Positions 27,515-36,827 of a stretch of DNA of 64,000 nt are shown piece by piece. The first letter of the stretch is position 1; each line of letters begins with the position of its first letter. Both the position numbers and the translations under genes were made by a program. Source of the DNA: Thermoplasmata archaeon (lineage in GTDB: Archaea; Thermoplasmatota; E2; JACPAO01; JAHFTW01); NCBI GenBank assembly GCA_034667725.1, contig JAXDQS010000001.1, forward strand, positions 109,593-173,592, read 5' to 3'. The notes under the pieces are model-generated. The model was not told the DNA's origin. It saw nothing but the letters and a program-made list of their open reading frames with translations, and ran no database searches.

Positions 27515-29602
27515 CTAGCAGGCGATGGTCGCCGCGAACCCGCCGCTTGGCGGGATCCAGCGGTAGCAGCCCGAGACGTCGGCCGCGCCGGCGCCGCTGG
27601 TGGCCCGGAACTGGACCTTGGTGCCCTCCACGATGTGGTAGGACGCCGCGTAGTCCGTCGGGCCCCACGACTGCTTCGCGAGGGGCTGCCAGGCGCCGCC
27701 GTTGAGGCGCACCTCCACCTTGGCGATGGTGTGGCCGCTGTTCGGCGACACCTTGGCCTGCACCCACCACTCGTTGCCCGTCACGAACCCGAAGGTGGCG
27801 TCGAAGCCGGTCGGGGGCGGGGGCGGCGGAGGCGGCGGCGTGCCGCCGGGGCAGGCCACCTTGGTGGCGTCCGCGTTGCTCGGCGGGATCCAGCGGTAGC
27901 AGTCGCTCAGGTCGGTGGCGCCGGTGTTGGCGGTGGCGCGGAACTGCACGATGGTGCCGTCCACGGCGCGCAGGCCGGCGGACCAGCCCCACGACTGCTG
28001 CGTCATCGGCTTCCAGTCGCCGCCGTTGAGGCGAAGCTCCACCTTGGCGAGGATGGAGGTGCCGGTGGCGACGTGCACCTGCTCCCACCACTCGTTGCCG
28101 CGCACCTGCGAGAAGGTCGCGTCGAACGCGGGCGGCGGGGGAGGCGGCGGCGGGGCGCTGCCCGCGTACTCCACGATGTAGGCGTTCACGGGCGGGCAGC
28201 ACGCCCCGGTGCGGCTGGAGCCGGCCACGATGGCGTCGAGGGTGCCGTCGCCGTCGTTGTCGCCGGTGGCGATGGACCGCAGCTCGTCGCCGGAGCCCAC
28301 CTGCGCCACCGTGGTGACGAACCAGGCGGACGGGATCCAGCGGACCTGCAGGACGCGGCCGTCCTCGTCCACGGCGTAGAGCTCGAACTTGTCGTCGCGG
28401 TCCAGGTCGTGCAGCATGAGGTCGTAGGCGGCGCGCGGGCCCAAGGGAATCGAGGTGCCGAACCAGTCGCTGTCATGGAACGAGTAGCGGTCGATGCGCG
28501 TGGAGGCGCTCGCGACGTTGCGCAGCACGTAGAGCTCCTGCTGGCCGTCGTTGTCGCCGTCGGTGGCCAGGATGTCCACGACCTCCTGGTCGGTCGAGGA
28601 GACGAACTGGAGCTGGGTGTTGTAGCCGCCCGTCGCGTCCCGCTCGATGCGGTAGACGGCCTGCCGGTCGCCGTTGTAGCCGGCGGCCCACAGCTCGGGG
28701 ATGCCGTCGCGGGTGGCGTCGCCGAAGGCCAGGTAGGGCGCGGCGTCGGCCGACACGAGCTGCACGCCGTCGGGCAGCTGCCAGTCGAAGTCCACGCGGT
28801 ACAGGGGCTGCTCGCCGAAGCCGTTGGAGGTGCCGACGTAGAGCGAGACGTCGCCGTCGCCCCAGTTGCCGACCGTCATGCTGCGCACCGGGTAGGGCAG
28901 GTCGGCGGCGACGGTGGTCTGCCAGCCGGGGAAGACCCATTCGTGGCGCAGCACGAGGTCATGGGTGCCGACGCCGCTGCGGCCCGAGGAATACACCTCG
29001 GGGCGGCGGTCGCCGTCGAGGTCGGCGACGAGGACGCGGGTGCGCTCGCGGTCGGTGACCAGGGTGCTGGTCCAAGCGCCGGCGTCGTTGCGCTCCATCG
29101 CGACCAGGCCCTCGCGGGTCGGGACGTAGACCTCGGTGTGAGTGTCCCGGTCGAGGTCGCCGGTGGCGATGCCCAGGTCGTCCGGCATCGAGCCGGTCGT
29201 GAACGCCTTGGCCGTCGCCCAGCCGGCGGGCGGCGGCGGGTTGTCGCACATCTCGGTGCCCGCGGGGTGCGTGAACCAGCAGGACACGGCCTGCACGCCG
29301 TCGCCGAAGGTCGCGCGGAACCGGACCTCCTCGCCCGGCGGGAAGGCGTAGCTGCCGGCCCAGGAGCCCCAGGACTTCTTCTCCAAGGGATGCCAGACGC
29401 GGTTCGTCTCGTCCTGCACGTCCACGCGCACGACCGAGGAGGCCGCGGCGCCGCCCAGCACGACCTCGACCCAGTAGTCGTTGCCCGTCTTGTGGTCGAA
29501 CACGATGGACTTGCCCGAGTCGTTCTGGGTGTGGTTGGCCTGGACGGGGACGAGCCCGCCAAGCAGCAGGGCGACCCCGAAGGCCGCCAGCACCCGCCTC
29601 AT
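27515..29602 (-). CDS. Secreted protein B: N-terminal expansin-C-like module, FG-GAP/VCBS beta-propeller, two C-terminal expansin-C/CBM63-like modules separated by Pro9-11 linkers
   Basis: Signal peptide MRRVLAAFGVALLLGGLVPVQA. Seven DxDxDG-type FG-GAP repeats (e.g. GDLDRDTHTEVYV, TDGDNDGQQELYV, GDNDGDGTLDAIVAG). Modules FSQVRGNEWWEQVHV...VELRLNGGDWKPMTQQSWG...VQFRAT align with Phl p 2 / expansin domain 2. The start overlaps gene C's stop (ATGA). Confidence 0.7.
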   Translation of the reverse strand: MRRVLAAFGVALLLGGLVPVQANHTQNDSGKSIVFDHKTGNDYWVEVVLGGAAASSVVRVDVQDETNRVWHPLEKKSWGSWAGSYAFPPGEEVRFRATFGDGVQAVSCWFTHPAGTEMCDNPPPPAGWATAKAFTTGSMPDDLGIATGDLDRDTHTEVYVPTREGLVAMERNDAGAWTSTLVTDRERTRVLVADLDGDRRPEVYSSGRSGVGTHDLVLRHEWVFPGWQTTVAADLPYPVRSMTVGNWGDGDVSLYVGTSNGFGEQPLYRVDFDWQLPDGVQLVSADAAPYLAFGDATRDGIPELWAAGYNGDRQAVYRIERDATGGYNTQLQFVSSTDQEVVDILATDGDNDGQQELYVLRNVASASTRIDRYSFHDSDWFGTSIPLGPRAAYDLMLHDLDRDDKFELYAVDEDGRVLQVRWIPSAWFVTTVAQVGSGDELRSIATGDNDGDGTLDAIVAGSSRTGACCPPVNAYIVEYAGSAPPPPPPPPAFDATFSQVRGNEWWEQVHVATGTSILAKVELRLNGGDWKPMTQQSWGWSAGLRAVDGTIVQFRATANTGATDLSDCYRWIPPSNADATKVACPGGTPPPPPPPPPTGFDATFGFVTGNEWWVQAKVSPNSGHTIAKVEVRLNGGAWQPLAKQSWGPTDYAASYHIVEGTKVQFRATSGAGAADVSGCYRWIPPSGGFAATIAC

Positions 29603-31755
29603 GGGCACCCCGCCGTCGGGGTGGCTTGGGGCCAGATGTATCCGGCGGAGTAGTCGACGGCGCCGGTGGTGCTGGTGGCGCGGAAGTCCACCTTGGAGCC
29701 GCTGGGGACGTTGAAGCTCTTGGCGTAGGAGCCCCAGCTTTGCAGCGTCAAGGTTTGCCAAGCGGTGCCGCAGTTGACGCGGGCCTCGACCTTGGCGATG
29801 GCCTGGTTGGCCGTCACCTTGGCCTCGACCCACCAGTCGTTGCCCTTGACGCTCGAGAACGTCGCATCAAAGCCCGGAGGCGGCGGGGGCGGCGGGGGCG
29901 GGGGCGGCGTGCTGCCGCACGCGACCTTGGTTGCGTCGGTGTTGCTGGGAGGAATCCACTGGTAGCAGTCGCTCAGGTCGGTGGCGCCCGTGGTGCTGGT
30001 GGCCCGGAACTGCACGACGGTGCCCTGCACCGCATGGTACGAGGCCGCCCAGCCGCCCCATGACTGCTTTGTGAGGGGTTGCCAGGCGCCGCCGTTGAGG
30101 CGCACATCCACCTTGGAGAGCGTGCCGCCAGCGGCCGCAACATTCGCCTGGATCCACCACTCGTTGCCACGCACACCCGTGAACGTGGCGTCGAAGCTGG
30201 TGCTGGCGCGCGGCACCCCGACCTGGTACACCTCGGTGTGCCCCTCGTCGTACGGGATGCCCGTGCTGTAGCTGATGCTCAGGTAAGCCTCGCGCCGGCC
30301 GTCGCCATCGCCGTCGCCGACCACGGTCAAGGCCGCGTTGCCGTTCTCGCCGCTGCCATCGGTGGGCCGGGCGACCTCGGTGACCTGCCAGAACGCGCCG
30401 TCCCAGCGGACCTGGATCAGTTGGCCATACCACGTGGTCACGTAGAGCTCGTCGCTGCCGTCGCCGTCGCCGTCCCCGAGGAACAGGCCCGAGGGCGCGA
30501 TGGCGGGGGCGGAGCCCGAGGGAAGCGAGGAGTAAGGCGTCTGGATGTTCCAGCCGGTGGCCGGGCTGAACGAGGCGCGCCGGAACTCGCCTTGGTCGGT
30601 GATGCTGTAGATCTCGGGCTTGCCGTCGCGGTCGCCGTCGCCCGCCACCACGTGCTTCTCGCCGTAGTTGGAGCCGCCCTGGTCGATGGTGGTGAACTCC
30701 CAGCCGCTGCTGGTGTGGCGCAGCCGGCTTGCCTTGGCGGCGTGGGCCGTGCCGTGCCCGATGTAGAGCTCGAAGCTGCCGTCGCGGTCGCCGTCGCCGA
30801 TCCACAGCGACTCCAGGTGGCCCTGCTGCAGCAGGATGAGCTGCGACTCCACGAGCCCGCCGGCGGCGTCGAGCCGGACCTTGTGCACGGCCGAGGAGGT
30901 GCCGTCGGCCATGCCGACGTAGAGCTCGGGGCCGGGGATGCCGTCGATGTCGCCGATCGTCATGTCGTCCGGGAACGGCTCGGCGAAGCTCGTGACCAGC
31001 GTCTCCACCCAGGCGCCACCGACGAAGTCGTAGCGCACCAGGTCGGAGTTGCTCATGGCGTAGATCTCGGAGCGGCCGTCGCCGTTGCCGTCGCCCACCG
31101 CCACCGCGTAGGTGGCCGAGCGGGAGCCAATCTGCTGGCGAACCCAGGCGGTGCCGGTCCACTCGAAGTTGAAGATGCCGTTGCGGGTGGCCTGCGTCAC
31201 GTCGCGCCGGCCGTCGTTGTCGGCGTCGCCCACCGCCATGTCGCCGCTGCCGGACGAGACGCCGGCGTTGCCCATCAGGCGGACCTGCCAATCCTGGGGC
31301 GGCAACGGGCTGCCGCACTCCTCGACGCCGACGGGGTGCGTGAACGGGCACGACTCGACGAAGCCCACTTGGCCCGTCGCGCCGTCGGTCATGTAGGCGC
31401 GGAAGATGACGCGGTCGCCGGGCGGGATGCGGAACGCCTGGTTCGGCGCCCACTTCGTCCAGCCGTTGCTGGTGCCGACCGCGTGCATGGTGTTGGTGGT
31501 CGTGCCGTGCTCGGCCCGCGCCTCCACGACGTTGACGGAGTCGCCTGCGGCGGGCTTGGTCAGGACCTCGACCCACCATTCGTTGTCGCCGTCGTGGTCG
31601 AACTGCACCCCGATGGAGCCGCTGCCGGCGGAGCCGGTCTGGACGTGGTTGGAAAGGACAGGGGACGGAACGAGAAGGAGCGCTGCGAACGCGACGGCGG
31701 CGAGCCACCAACGTTTCGGTCGGGGAGGGTCGGAGGGAACCTGCGGGCCAATCAT
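29599..31755 (-). CDS. Secreted protein C, a paralog of B with the same architecture (expansin-C-like module, FG-GAP propeller, two expansin-C/CBM63-like modules)
   Basis: Signal-like N-terminus WWLAAVAFAALLLVPSPVLS. FG-GAP repeats (GDADNDGRRDV, GDGNGDGRSEIY, GDGDRDGKPEIYS, GDGDGDGSDELYV). C-terminal modules TGVRGNEWWIQANV...VDVRLNGGAWQPLTKQSWG...VQFRATS. P13 linker. Confidence 0.7.
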   Translation of the reverse strand: MIGPQVPSDPPRPKRWWLAAVAFAALLLVPSPVLSNHVQTGSAGSGSIGVQFDHDGDNEWWVEVLTKPAAGDSVNVVEARAEHGTTTNTMHAVGTSNGWTKWAPNQAFRIPPGDRVIFRAYMTDGATGQVGFVESCPFTHPVGVEECGSPLPPQDWQVRLMGNAGVSSGSGDMAVGDADNDGRRDVTQATRNGIFNFEWTGTAWVRQQIGSRSATYAVAVGDGNGDGRSEIYAMSNSDLVRYDFVGGAWVETLVTSFAEPFPDDMTIGDIDGIPGPELYVGMADGTSSAVHKVRLDAAGGLVESQLILLQQGHLESLWIGDGDRDGSFELYIGHGTAHAAKASRLRHTSSGWEFTTIDQGGSNYGEKHVVAGDGDRDGKPEIYSITDQGEFRRASFSPATGWNIQTPYSSLPSGSAPAIAPSGLFLGDGDGDGSDELYVTTWYGQLIQVRWDGAFWQVTEVARPTDGSGENGNAALTVVGDGDGDGRREAYLSISYSTGIPYDEGHTEVYQVGVPRASTSFDATFTGVRGNEWWIQANVAAAGGTLSKVDVRLNGGAWQPLTKQSWGGWAASYHAVQGTVVQFRATSTTGATDLSDCYQWIPPSNTDATKVACGSTPPPPPPPPPPPGFDATFSSVKGNDWWVEAKVTANQAIAKVEARVNCGTAWQTLTLQSWGSYAKSFNVPSGSKVDFRATSTTGAVDYSAGYIWPQATPTAGCP

Positions 31756-32146
31756 GCTTGAGGTTCTCGCTCCCGACCAAGTTAAGCCTGAGCGTCGGTG
31801 GTCAGAAGCCCGCGACGAACGCCGGGCACGCGCAACCCTTCACTTTGCACGGCCCCTCGCCCCAGCGGCCGCGCCGCCCGGGGCCCACGAAATGGCCTTC
31901 CCGTCCGTTGCCCATCTTCGGGTGCCTGCACTCGGGCCGTCGGCACAGGTCGGACATGGCCCCAACATAAGGTCGAGCGGGCCTAAGAGTTGCCCGAGCG
32001 TTCCTGCGTTGGCGAAACGTCGGGGCGGATTTCGCGCACGAGGATAGAAATCACCGCGGCTTTCGGCGCGGGTCCCCCAGGCAGGCTGTTGAAGCGAAGG
32101 GTTCCCGTTCCCGTCCCGCCATCCTCATCAACGCGCCGCCGGTCCC

Positions 32147-32602
32147 GTGCGCATGCCGGCCAAAGCGAAACCCATGCCGCGAAAGAAGGCCGCGGCCCCA
32201 TCCTCCAGCACGGGGGCCGCCAAGCGCATCGACCAGGAGATCGCCGACCTGGGCGACTGGAGGGGCGAACGGCTGGCCGAGATTCGCAAGCTCATCCACG
32301 AGGTGGACCCCGACGTGGTCGAGGAGTGGAAGTGGAAGGGCACGCCGGTCTGGTCGAACGAGGGGATGTACGCCCTCGCCAACGCCCACAAGGCGCACGT
32401 CAAACTGACCTTCTTCCACGGCGCCGAGCTTCCCGACCCCAAGAAGATGTTCAACGCGATGCTCGAAGGGAACAAGTGGCGCGCCATCGACTTTGAGCAA
32501 GAGGACAAGATCGACAAGGCCGCGCTGAAGGCGCTGCTGCGGGCCGCCATCGCCTACAACCAGACGCACTCGGTCCCCAAGAGCAAAGGGTCGCGGGTGT
32601 AG
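32147..32602 (+). CDS. DUF1801-family protein (paralog 1 of a tandem pair)
   Basis: VDPDVVEEWKWKGTPVWSNEGMYALANAHKAHVKLTFFHGAELPD pattern. An alternative Met start is within the first 10 codons. Confidence 0.55.
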   Translation: MRMPAKAKPMPRKKAAAPSSSTGAAKRIDQEIADLGDWRGERLAEIRKLIHEVDPDVVEEWKWKGTPVWSNEGMYALANAHKAHVKLTFFHGAELPDPKKMFNAMLEGNKWRAIDFEQEDKIDKAALKALLRAAIAYNQTHSVPKSKGSRV

Positions 32603-32613
32603 GAGGGAGCCTC

Positions 32614-33024
32614 GTGCCCAGCAAGCCCAAGCCGACTCTCCTGAGCGGGGGGAACCCCCAGATCGCCAAGGCCGACGGCGACGCCCCCGTGCAGGCGTAC
32701 ATCGCCGCCATGCCCGACTGGAAGCGCGACATCGGCCGGCGCCTCGACGCCCTCGTCGTGCGCAACGTGCCCGGCGTGCGCAAGGCCGTGAAATGGAACT
32801 CACCGTTCTACGGCATCGAGGGCCAAGGCTGGTTCCTGTCGTTCCACGTCTACGCCCGCTACGTCAAGGTGACCTTCTTCCAAGGCACCTCGCTGCGGCC
32901 GGTCCCCCCTGGAGGCACGGCCAAGGACGCGCGCTGGATCGACGTCCACGAGGACGACCTCGACGAGGCGCAGATTGCGAAGTGGGTCAAGCAGGCGGCG
33001 GCGGTGCCGGGCTGGATTCCGTAG
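32614..33024 (+). CDS. DUF1801-family protein (paralog 2)
   Basis: AVKWNSPFYGIEGQGWFLSFHVYARYVKVTFFQGTSL follows the same pattern as the upstream gene. Confidence 0.55.
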   Translation: MPSKPKPTLLSGGNPQIAKADGDAPVQAYIAAMPDWKRDIGRRLDALVVRNVPGVRKAVKWNSPFYGIEGQGWFLSFHVYARYVKVTFFQGTSLRPVPPGGTAKDARWIDVHEDDLDEAQIAKWVKQAAAVPGWIP

Positions 33025-33237
33025 GGCAGTGTTGGGCTCGACGTACTCGACCTCCCACACCCTCAAATACCACCCCCGTGTCGCGGAACCGTCCAAAGCC
33101 GTCTTCCGCCTAGATGCGGAGGTCGGTCCCGGCGGAGTCGATCAGGCTTCCGCAGGGTACTCGCAGGCCCCCTGGCCCACGCGGTACGCTGCCGGTCGCA
33201 GGGTCGGCCTCACTGGGGAGACATAGGGTGATTCCCC

Positions 33238-34497
33238 ATGGCATCCAACAAGCCCCACATGAACCTCGTCGTGATCGGCCACGTCGACCACGGCAAGTCG
33301 ACCCTCGTCGGTCGCCTGATGCTCGACACGGGCCAGTTCCCGGCCCATGAGATTGAACGCTTCAAGAAGGAGTCCGCCGAGAAGGGCAAGGGCTCGTTCT
33401 TCCTCGCCTGGGTCATGGACAACCTGAAGGAGGAGCGCGAACGCGGCGTCACCATCGACGTCTCGCACAAGAAGTTCGACACCCCGAAGTATTACTTCAC
33501 GATCATCGACGCCCCGGGCCACCGCGACTTCGTCAAGAACATGATCACGGGCGCCTCCCAGGCCGACGCGGCCATCCTGACCTGCTCGGCCATCGAGGGC
33601 CCCCAGGCGCAGACCAAGGAGCACATCTTCCTCGCGAAGACCCTCGGCATCGACCAGCTCGTGGTCGCCGTCAACAAGATGGACGCCGTCAGCTTCTCCG
33701 AGGACAAGTTCAAGGAGACCGTCGAGGCCGTCAAGAAGCTCACCAAGCTCATCGGCTTCAAGGAGGAGAAGGTCCAGTTCGTCCCCGTCGCCGCCTTCTC
33801 GGGCGTCAACACCATCAACCCGTCCCCCGAGATGCCCTGGTACAAGGGCCCGACGCTGGTCGCGGCGCTCGACAACTTCGTCATGCCCAACAAGCCGACG
33901 GACAAGCCCCTGCGCATCCCTATCCAGGACGTCTACACCATCACCGGCATCGGCACCGTCCCGGTCGGCAAGGTCGAGACGGGCATCCTGAAGCCCGGCA
34001 TGTCGATCCACTTCAACCCCAGCAACAAGACCGCTGAGGTCAAGTCGGTCGAGATGCACCACGAGCAGCTCCCCCAGGCCATCCCTGGCGACAACGTGGG
34101 CTTCAACTGCCGTGGCCTCGCCAAGAACGACATCCGCCGCGGCGACGTCGGCGCTCCCGTCGACAAGCCCGCCACCGTGGCCAAGACGTTCACCGCGCAG
34201 GTCATCGTCCTGAACCACCCGTCGGTCATCACCGCCGGCTACACCCCCGTCTTCCACGCCTACACCGCGCAGAACGCGTGCACCTTCGTCGAGATCAAGA
34301 AGGTCGTCCGCGGCGGCAAGGAGCAGGAGGACAAGTCGTTCATGAAGACCGGCGACTCTGGCATCGTCAAGATCCAGCCGACCCGCCCCATGGTCGTCGA
34401 GAAGGCCACCGAGTTCCCCCCGCTCGGCCGCTTCGCCATCCGCGACATGGGCCAGACCGTGGCCGTCGGCGTCGCCATCGACGTGGAGCCCCGCTAG
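33238..34497 (+). CDS. tuf: Translation elongation factor EF-1 alpha
   Basis: G1 [10 protein letters not shown]3 [12 protein letters not shown]. Full-length match. The conserved archaeal tuf-rps10 arrangement. Confidence 0.97.
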   Translation: MASNKPHMNLVVIGHVDHGKSTLVGRLMLDTGQFPAHEIERFKKESAEKGKGSFFLAWVMDNLKEERERGVTIDVSHKKFDTPKYYFTIIDAPGHRDFVKNMITGASQADAAILTCSAIEGPQAQTKEHIFLAKTLGIDQLVVAVNKMDAVSFSEDKFKETVEAVKKLTKLIGFKEEKVQFVPVAAFSGVNTINPSPEMPWYKGPTLVAALDNFVMPNKPTDKPLRIPIQDVYTITGIGTVPVGKVETGILKPGMSIHFNPSNKTAEVKSVEMHHEQLPQAIPGDNVGFNCRGLAKNDIRRGDVGAPVDKPATVAKTFTAQVIVLNHPSVITAGYTPVFHAYTAQNACTFVEIKKVVRGGKEQEDKSFMKTGDSGIVKIQPTRPMVVEKATEFPPLGRFAIRDMGQTVAVGVAIDVEPR

Positions 34498-34505
34498 GCG
34501 GGACT

Positions 34506-34522
34506 CCCTCCCATCTGGGAGG
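34506..34522 (+). promoter_or_regulatory. Stem-loop that sequesters the rps10 Shine-Dalgarno (CCTCCC-ATCT-GGGAGG)
   Basis: 6-bp perfect stem with a 4-nt loop. Its 3' arm is the GGAGG located 6 nt upstream of the rps10 ATG. Its 5' arm, CCUCCC, mimics the anti-SD. Confidence 0.45.
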
Positions 34523-34528
34523 CACTAC

Positions 34529-34843
34529 ATGGCCAACGCAAAGGCACGCATCAGCCTCACCGGCACGGACCCGACCAAGGTCGACTCGGTGTGCGCGCAG
34601 ATCAAGATGATCAGCGAGCGCACCGGCGTCAGCATGGCCGGCCCGATCCCGCTGCCGACCAAGAAGCTCAACGTCCCGACCCGCAAGGCGCCCGACGGCG
34701 AGGGCTCGGAGACGTACGACCGGTGGCAGATGCGCGTGCACAAGCGCCTCATCGACCTGGACGCGGACGACCGCGCCCTGCGCCAGCTCATGCGCATCCA
34801 GGTCCCTGACGGCGTGAACATTGAGATTATGCTCCGCTCGTGA
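34529..34843 (+). CDS. rps10: 30S ribosomal protein S10 (uS10)
   Basis: 104 aa. [42 protein letters not shown] matches the S10 fold. Confidence 0.95.
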   Translation: MANAKARISLTGTDPTKVDSVCAQIKMISERTGVSMAGPIPLPTKKLNVPTRKAPDGEGSETYDRWQMRVHKRLIDLDADDRALRQLMRIQVPDGVNIEIMLRS

Positions 34844-34921
34844 GCCCGCCGGGTTCACAGTCGGGGTCGAGGACGACGCGAGTCGGCCTTGGCCTCCGCT
34901 CGTAAGCGGCGCCTGGTCCCG

Positions 34922-34990
34922 CCTTTTCCCCTTCCTCTCCCTTTCCCTTCCGGTTTTTTCTCGCGGATTTCGGCAATCCGGACCCCTTGT
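34922..34990 (+). terminator. Polypyrimidine/T-tract element plus hairpin downstream of rps10
   Basis: 30-nt pure C/T run, CCTTTTCCCCTTCCTCTCCCTTTCCCTTCC. Then GGTTTTTTCTC. Then the hairpin CGGATT-TCGGC-AATCCG. Confidence 0.5.
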
Positions 34991-35038
34991 TTGCCGCGAC
35001 TGCGGCCTGTTATGCTGGCGCCGGGTTTCCCTCTGGCC

Positions 35039-35227
35039 ATGCCTGCCGCACAAACCGTGTCCCAGGATGCCAAGACCAAGGCCCAGATCCAGTTCAAGGG
35101 CGAGCCGAACGAGGAGAGCATCCGCCTCCGCGCCTACGAGATCTACCTGTCCCGCGGCGGCCAGCCGGGCCGCGCGGCCGAGGACTGGGAGCAGGCGCGC
35201 CGCGAGCTCATGGCCCGCGCCCGCTAG
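35039..35227 (+). CDS. Small DUF2934-like protein (62 aa)
   Basis: IRLRAYEIYLSRGGQPGRAAEDWEQARREL matches the DUF2934 signature (IRxRAYExW..RG.P.G...DW..AE.EL). The N-terminal part of ORF 34889..35227 is a translation of the CT tract. Confidence 0.55.
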   Translation: MPAAQTVSQDAKTKAQIQFKGEPNEESIRLRAYEIYLSRGGQPGRAAEDWEQARRELMARAR

Positions 35228-35265
35228 GCCTTCGCCTTTTACGAAGCAGCGCCGTCGCCGCCCGC

Positions 35266-36753
35266 GTGGCCTGGAACGGACCCCTGCACGACCTCGGACG
35301 GGGCGTCCACGAGATTCCGGCCGACTACAAGGGCGCCAACGGGAACCTCACGATGCGCGTGCCCGGCCGCATCATCGCCCAGCCGGACCTGCTGGAGCAC
35401 ATCCAGGACGACATGGCGCCGGAGCAGGTCGCCAACGTCGCGGCCCTTCCCGGCATCGTCGGCTACTCCTTGGCCATGCCCGACATCCATTGGGGCTACG
35501 GCTTCCCGATCGGCGGGGTCGCGGCGTTCGACCCGGACGCGGGCGGCGTCGTGTCGCCCGGCGGCGTCGGCTTCGACATCAACTGCGGCGTGCGGCTGCT
35601 CCGGACCGGCCTCACCGAGCGCGACGTGCGCGCCCGCCTTCCCGAGGTCGTCGACGCGCTGTTCGACGCGGTGCCGTGCGGCATGGGCAGCAAGGGCGGC
35701 CTGGAGCTGGGCGAGCGCGAGCTAGAAGGCATCCTGGACGGCGGCGCCCAATGGGCCGTCGAGCGCGGCTGGGCCACGGCGCGCGACCGCGAGCACATGG
35801 AGGAGCGCGGCGTCATCCCGGGCGCCGACTCCTCGAAGGTCCACGAGCGCGCCCGCGTCCGGGGGCGACGGAGCCTCGGGTCGCTGGGCTCGGGCAACCA
35901 TTTCCTCGAGCTGCAGGTCGTGGACCAGTTGTGGGACGAGGCCGCGTGCAAGGCCTACGACGTGGGTGTTGGCGACGTGCTGGTGATGATCCACACCGGC
36001 AGCCGCGGCCTCGGCCACCAGATCTGCGAGGACCACGTCAAGGAGCTGCAATCCGTGTCCGCCCGGCACGGCATCGAGCTGCCCGACCGCCAGCTGGCCG
36101 CGGCGCCGTTGGGGACGCCGGAGGCCGACCGCTACCTGGGCGCCATGGCCGCCGCCGCGAACTTCGCCTTCGTCAACCGCAGCGTCCTCACCAGCCACAC
36201 CCGCAAGACGTTGGGCCGGCTGTTCGGCGGCGGCGACATGGGCCCCGACGTCGAGGTGGTCTACGACGTGTGCCACAACATCGCCAAGTTCGAGGAGCAC
36301 GTCGTCCCCCACGGCCCCGACAAGGGCAAGCGCAAGCGGCTGTGCGTCCACCGCAAGGGCGCGACGCGGGCATACGGCCCCGGCCACCCCGGCGTCCCGG
36401 CCGGCTACCGCGACGTCGGCCAGCCCGTCATCGTCCCCGGCGACATGGGCCGCATGAGCTTCCTCCTGGCCGCGAGCCCCGGCGCCTTGGCCACCACCTT
36501 CGGGTCGAGCTGCCACGGCGCCGGCCGCCGCCTGAGCCGGAGTGCCGCCAAGCGGACCTGGGACGGCCCCGAGCTGATTCGCAAGCTGTGGGAAGTGGAC
36601 GGCATCCGGGTGCGCGCGGCGACGCCGGACGTGGCCGCCGAGGAGGCGCCGGAGTCCTACAAGGACGTCAGCCGGGTCGTCGATTCGGTCGAGGTGGCGG
36701 GGCTGGCCCGGAAGGCGGCGCGGATGCGGCCCATCGGCGTGGTCAAAGGCTGA
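35266..36753 (+). CDS. rtcB: RNA-splicing ligase RtcB (tRNA ligase), GTG start
   Basis: MRVPGRI..., LPGIVGYSLAMPDIHWGYGFPIGGVAA, NCGVR and GSGNHF motifs with metal-binding His/Cys. ~495 aa. No intein. Confidence 0.9.
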   Translation: MAWNGPLHDLGRGVHEIPADYKGANGNLTMRVPGRIIAQPDLLEHIQDDMAPEQVANVAALPGIVGYSLAMPDIHWGYGFPIGGVAAFDPDAGGVVSPGGVGFDINCGVRLLRTGLTERDVRARLPEVVDALFDAVPCGMGSKGGLELGERELEGILDGGAQWAVERGWATARDREHMEERGVIPGADSSKVHERARVRGRRSLGSLGSGNHFLELQVVDQLWDEAACKAYDVGVGDVLVMIHTGSRGLGHQICEDHVKELQSVSARHGIELPDRQLAAAPLGTPEADRYLGAMAAAANFAFVNRSVLTSHTRKTLGRLFGGGDMGPDVEVVYDVCHNIAKFEEHVVPHGPDKGKRKRLCVHRKGATRAYGPGHPGVPAGYRDVGQPVIVPGDMGRMSFLLAASPGALATTFGSSCHGAGRRLSRSAAKRTWDGPELIRKLWEVDGIRVRAATPDVAAEEAPESYKDVSRVVDSVEVAGLARKAARMRPIGVVKG

Positions 36754-36770
36754 CGCCTTGACCAACCACG

Positions 36771-36823
36771 GATGCCACGGATTGCACGGACCATGGGTTC
36801 CGTGGCATCCGTGCAATCCGTGG
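36771..36823. terminator. Repeat-rich hairpin element with two mutually exclusive stems between the convergent rtcB and archaeosortase genes
   Basis: Stem A: 36771-36781 pairs with 36799-36809 (11 bp). Stem B: 36775-36788 pairs with 36810-36823 (14 bp). Built from the CCACGGAT and ATCCGTG repeat units. Confidence 0.5.
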
Positions 36824-36827
36824 TCCG

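Noticed and set aside
34889-35038. N-terminal half of ORF 34889..35227 (PPFPLPLPFPSGFF...)
   Set aside because: It is a translation of the polypyrimidine/T-tract intergenic element. The real gene is the DUF2934-like ORF starting at 35039.
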